Source: a virus
Lineage: Duplodnaviria > Caudoviricetes
Reading direction: 5' to 3' (one strand)
Length of the DNA stretch: 27,958 bases
Virus record (IMG/VR): IMGVR_UViG_3300020426_000020
Location: 1 to 27,958 of that record
The notes under the pieces were generated by a model. The model was given only the letters and a program-made list of their open reading frames with translations. It made no database searches and was not told the origin of the DNA. Each line of letters begins with the position of its first letter. Position 1 is the first letter of the stretch. Both the position numbers and the translations under genes were made by a program. Positions 24,647-27,958 of this stretch are shown in pieces.

Positions 24647-24946
24647 ATGAGCGATGAAGTCGAAGGTCAAGTCGCTGCAGCAGCCGAAAGCGACCGCCCA
24701 GTCCCATCCTCCGTCGAGATCGGTGTGACCGCCGTCGACGTCCTGGCCGACATCCGGGTTGTCGATGCCGAAACGGGTGAGCGGATCGACAAGGTCATCT
24801 TTGCGGATGCCGATGCGGGTAAGGTCCGCCGCTACGCCGTCGAGAATGGCGCGTTGGTGCTGGAGCAGGACCAGTTCAAGGTCATCGAGGAGGATCGCCC
24901 GATCCGCATCGAGTGGCTGGGCAACAAGCGAAAGAACAGCTTCTGA
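24647..24946 (+). CDS. Hypothetical 99-aa beta-rich acidic protein
   Basis: GAGGAG RBS; TGATG coupling to the next gene. Confidence 0.75.
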   Translation: MSDEVEGQVAAAAESDRPVPSSVEIGVTAVDVLADIRVVDAETGERIDKVIFADADAGKVRRYAVENGALVLEQDQFKVIEEDRPIRIEWLGNKRKNSF

Positions 24947-25512
24947 TGCTGAGCCTCGACGCCGAGCGCAAGGCGCTGGAACCCTGGTGGCACACGGTCC
25001 ACGAAGCGCATGGCGACGTGCCGGCGGTCCGCGTCCAGTTCGCCCCCATCGGCCGGATTGCCCTCCGCGCGGCGCGCCGCGCCGCCGGGGAAGCCTGCGA
25101 GGACATGACTTTGCTCGAGGACGAAGACGCGCCGCTGTCGCCGGAACTAATGGACCTGGCTGGCGACGCGCTGTCGGAAAGCCTGCTGATGAGTGGCATT
25201 GTCGCCTGGGAGGGTGTCGGCGATGCGGACGGCAATCCGGCCCCGGTGACGCCCGACAATCTGCGCCTGTTCCTGGCCGATCCGCTGCGGTTCGACCGGC
25301 TCGATGAGGCCTATGTGCGCCCGTTCGTCCTGCGAGAACTGGAAAAAAACGGATTGTCGCCCTCGCCGAATGGCATTTCGACGGGGGCGATGCCGGAGCC
25401 GACTATTGCCGCAAAGTCTGCAACGCCCATCGCGTCGGACGGTGCAAGCCGAAAGGGCAAAGCGAAGGCTGCCCCTACCGGCAGCATGAGCCCCGCACCG
25501 AAGAAGGCATAG
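24946..25512 (+). CDS. Tail assembly chaperone (gpG-like)
   Basis: IVAWEGVGDADGNP.PVTP motif and EKN slippery site; located upstream of the tape measure gene. Confidence 0.85.
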   Translation: MLSLDAERKALEPWWHTVHEAHGDVPAVRVQFAPIGRIALRAARRAAGEACEDMTLLEDEDAPLSPELMDLAGDALSESLLMSGIVAWEGVGDADGNPAPVTPDNLRLFLADPLRFDRLDEAYVRPFVLRELEKNGLSPSPNGISTGAMPEPTIAAKSATPIASDGASRKGKAKAAPTGSMSPAPKKA

Positions 25513-25715
25513 GCGTCTGGGATGTGGTCAGCGGCTGCATCCGCCAGCTGCGCGCCGGGATGGGCGGCCCCTATGCGCTCGATTTTGGCGCCGTGCTGTC
25601 GATGGGTACGGCGCAGGGCGCGGACATGACCATGCTTGCCGAACTGCTCCCCAGCATGGAGCGGATCCTGCTCGACAAATTCAGTGAGGACGCACCCGAC
25701 GATGGCACAGCCTAG
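25344..25715 (+). CDS. -1 frameshift extension of the tail chaperone (gpT part of gpGT)
   Basis: Slippery heptamer A AAA AAC at 25344-25350. The -1 frame is open to 25715: KRIVALAEWHFDGG..YC...C...CPY..HEPRT.EG..VWD...QLR...ALDFGAV. Confidence 0.85.
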   Translation, partial: KKRIVALAEWHFDGGDAGADYCRKVCNAHRVGRCKPKGQSEGCPYRQHEPRTEEGIGVWDVVSGCIRQLRAGMGGPYALDFGAVLSMGTAQGADMTMLAELLPSMERILLDKFSEDAPDDGTA

Positions 25716-27780
25716 AGTAGCGATCCGGCTCGGCACGGAGGGCAAGGATCAGGTCGTTCGCGACTTCAAGGCGGTGGGCGATGCCGGCGACGCCGCCGCC
25801 AATCGTGCGGCACGGTCATTCGATCGCGCGTCGCAGGATATCGAATCCGCTGTCCGCCGTCAGGCCGCCGCCGCTGACAAGCTGGCTGCCCTAGCGCCGC
25901 AAAGCGCAATGCAGGCGCGGATCAACATGTCGGTCGGCACGGGCGCCAGCCTGGACGAAGGGTCGGCCCGCGCGTCCGCCGCCGCTTTCCGTGAACTGAT
26001 CGCGGAACAGGAGCGGATGGAGGAGAAGGCGCTGGCGTTGCGCGCATCGCTTGATCCACTCTGGGCCGCGCAGCAGCGGTTCAATATGGAGATGGCGGAG
26101 GCCCGCACGCTGATTTCGGCGGGCGCCATTTCCCTGGATGAATATGTCGCCAAGCTGCGGATGGAGCAGGCCGCGCTGGATGCCGTCCAGAATGTCCAGG
26201 TCCGGGCCACCGCCACCAGCGGCGCGATGCGCGCGGGCATGCAGCAGCTCGGCTTCCAGGCGCAGGATTTCACCGTGCAGGTCATCGGCGGGACGGATGC
26301 TGTTCGGGCGTTTGCGATGCAGGCTCCGCAGGCGATCGGCGCGTTGCAATTGATGTCTGGCGGTGCGGAAGGCGGAGCCGGCAAGTTCGCTCGGTTTGCG
26401 AGCATATTGGCTGGGCCCGTCGGCGTCGCCATCGGCGTCGCTATCCCGTTGGCGGTGATGCTGGGTGAGAAATTCTTTGCCGCCGGCGACGATGCGGAGG
26501 CGGCTTCGAAAAAGGTCGACACGCTGACGGCTGCTCTCAATCGCCTGGCGAACGCGCAGGGCCGTGTGCAGGCCAATGACCTTGGCATGGGCAAGGTGAA
26601 GGTGGAGCAGCTGCGCGGCCAGCTGCGGACGCTCGATCAGGAAATCGCCAACAGCACCGGCACGCGCGCGGCCATGCAGCGCCGCCGTCAGTTGGAGCGG
26701 CAACGTGCCGGTTTGGCGAACGAACTTGGGTCCGCAGAGGCGACTGTCGCCGGCGCGCAGATCGCCTGGGACAACCGGATCAAACTGGACGCTCTTGGCC
26801 AGCAGGACCGCGCTGCCGCCGCAGCGGGCCGGTCGGCGGCAAGCGCCGCCCGCAAGGCAGAGCGGGAGCGCGAGCGAGAGGCCGAGAGGGTTGCGCGGGA
26901 GGAAGCGCAGCGCGCCCAGAGGGTCAGGACCGAAAATAATGGCTGGCTCAACCAACAGGATATCGGCGCTGGTGCCCGGTCGGCCCTCGATGCCGAAGGA
27001 GAAAAGCTGGCCGATCGGCCGCGCCTGATCCGGTCGATGAACGACGACATCAGCGCCGGCACGGCTTTGCTGAATATCGAATGGGAGATGCGGGGCAAGT
27101 CGCGGCGCGAGATCGAGGCGGCGGTCGAGTTGAAGCGCTACGAGATCGACCTGCAACGGCAGGGCATCGACCTTGCCAGTGCGGAAGGCCAGCAACTGAT
27201 GGCGCGCAAGGCGAGCCAGATCGGCTTCAACCAGGCTCTGGACCAGAGCATCGACAAGATGACGGCTATGCAGGACATTGGCGCGAACCTGGCCAATACG
27301 CTGCTCAATCCGGCGACCTGGACCAGCTGGAAGAATGTCGGACTAAGCGCGATCAACGAAGTGACGTCGGCGCTTTGGAAGCTGGCAATCGTCAACCCGA
27401 TCCAAAACCAACTGACCGGAGGGTCATTGCCGACCATCGGCAGCCTGTTCGGGCTGCTGGGGAAGAAGAGCGTGCCAGGTAGCGCGATCGGCCATGAATA
27501 TACGCCCGCCGGCGCGATGCTGGTGGGCGAGAATGGCCCCGAGGTCGTGCAGATGCCGCGCGGCGCGAAGGTGATGACCGCAAGCGATACGCGGCGCGCC
27601 ATGGCGGGTGGCGGCGCGGCGGAGGTGACGGTGCGCGTGATCAAGGGCGATATGTTCGACGTGGAAGTGACGCAGATTAGCGGCGCGCAGATCGCGCAGG
27701 CCGCGCCCGTTATCGCGGCCGGCGCCAGCAGCGGCGCGCAACGCGCCGTCTACCGTCGTAATTCGCGGCGGCTGGCATGA
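25702..27780 (+). CDS. Tail tape measure protein
   Basis: 692 aa, Ala-rich and helical, with QLGFQAQDF.VQ..GG and a C-terminal LVGENGPE motif. Start moved to the ATG at 25702. Confidence 0.9.
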   Translation: MAQPRVAIRLGTEGKDQVVRDFKAVGDAGDAAANRAARSFDRASQDIESAVRRQAAAADKLAALAPQSAMQARINMSVGTGASLDEGSARASAAAFRELIAEQERMEEKALALRASLDPLWAAQQRFNMEMAEARTLISAGAISLDEYVAKLRMEQAALDAVQNVQVRATATSGAMRAGMQQLGFQAQDFTVQVIGGTDAVRAFAMQAPQAIGALQLMSGGAEGGAGKFARFASILAGPVGVAIGVAIPLAVMLGEKFFAAGDDAEAASKKVDTLTAALNRLANAQGRVQANDLGMGKVKVEQLRGQLRTLDQEIANSTGTRAAMQRRRQLERQRAGLANELGSAEATVAGAQIAWDNRIKLDALGQQDRAAAAAGRSAASAARKAEREREREAERVAREEAQRAQRVRTENNGWLNQQDIGAGARSALDAEGEKLADRPRLIRSMNDDISAGTALLNIEWEMRGKSRREIEAAVELKRYEIDLQRQGIDLASAEGQQLMARKASQIGFNQALDQSIDKMTAMQDIGANLANTLLNPATWTSWKNVGLSAINEVTSALWKLAIVNPIQNQLTGGSLPTIGSLFGLLGKKSVPGSAIGHEYTPAGAMLVGENGPEVVQMPRGAKVMTASDTRRAMAGGGAAEVTVRVIKGDMFDVEVTQISGAQIAQAAPVIAAGASSGAQRAVYRRNSRRLA

Positions 27781-27958
27781 TCGTCTGGTCCAGCATCGGG
27801 GCGGTGGCGACCGCCACACCGTCCTTTGTCGACAATGGCGGGACGATCCGTGGCGCGACCAATGCCGCGGGCCTACGTATCGACCGGCTGGGATCGCATT
27901 ACCGCGCCGCGATCACGATCGGCATCGGGACGGCGAATGGTCGCGCCGCCCTGATCAG
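27777..27958 (+). CDS. Tail-tip/distal tail protein (partial)
   Basis: ATGA overlap with the tape measure stop; MIVWSSIGAVATATPSFVDNGGTIRGATNAAGLRIDRLGSHYRA..., open to the window end. Confidence 0.7.
   Translation, partial: MIVWSSIGAVATATPSFVDNGGTIRGATNAAGLRIDRLGSHYRAAITIGIGTANGRAALI

Larger units (their letters stand above)
522..27958. mobile_element. Lambdoid siphovirus-type prophage, left part (continues beyond the window)
   Basis: Integrase abuts the tRNA, followed by a CI/Cro/CII switch, replication, packaging, head and tail modules in canonical order. The left boundary is inferred to lie within the tRNA; attR is not in the window. Confidence 0.95.

Noticed and set aside
25524-25715. 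Independent 63-aa gene
   Set aside because: It is better explained as the distal part of the -1 frameshift product. The frame is open from the slippery site and there is no clear RBS.
11094-27195. Long minus-strand ORFs (e.g. 12489..14267, 15306..16949, 20983..22194, 25891..27195)
   Set aside because: They are antisense shadows of well-supported plus-strand phage genes and show no motifs.

Overview
The window holds the left ~27.4 kb of a lambdoid (siphovirus-type) prophage in a GC-rich alphaproteobacterium, probably a sphingomonad judging by the DnaG-like and Cro-like sequences. The phage is integrated at a tRNA-Gly(TCC) gene next to a host LysR-like gene. From left to right it contains: (1) a large serine integrase whose C-terminus is read antisense through the tRNA; (2) a leftward early operon; (3) a CI(S24)/Cro/CII switch with 16-bp palindromic operators; (4) a rightward early operon with two ParB-superfamily proteins, a full-length phage-borne beta sliding clamp, an adenine-type DNA methyltransferase, and a host-type DnaG primase fused to a P4/D5 SF3 helicase followed by an iteron-rich candidate origin; (5) a putative late regulator and a lambda-like cos site; (6) terminase, gpW, portal, protease-capsid fusion, head-tail and tail genes, including a -1 frameshifted tail chaperone and the tape measure. 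The most notable observations are the replication module built from host-like replisome parts (clamp, DnaG fusion, SSB-tail-like C-terminus), the integrase stop codon lying inside the host half of the tRNA, and a signal-peptide-like leader on the protease-capsid polyprotein. All family assignments are from motif recognition by eye; no database searches were run.
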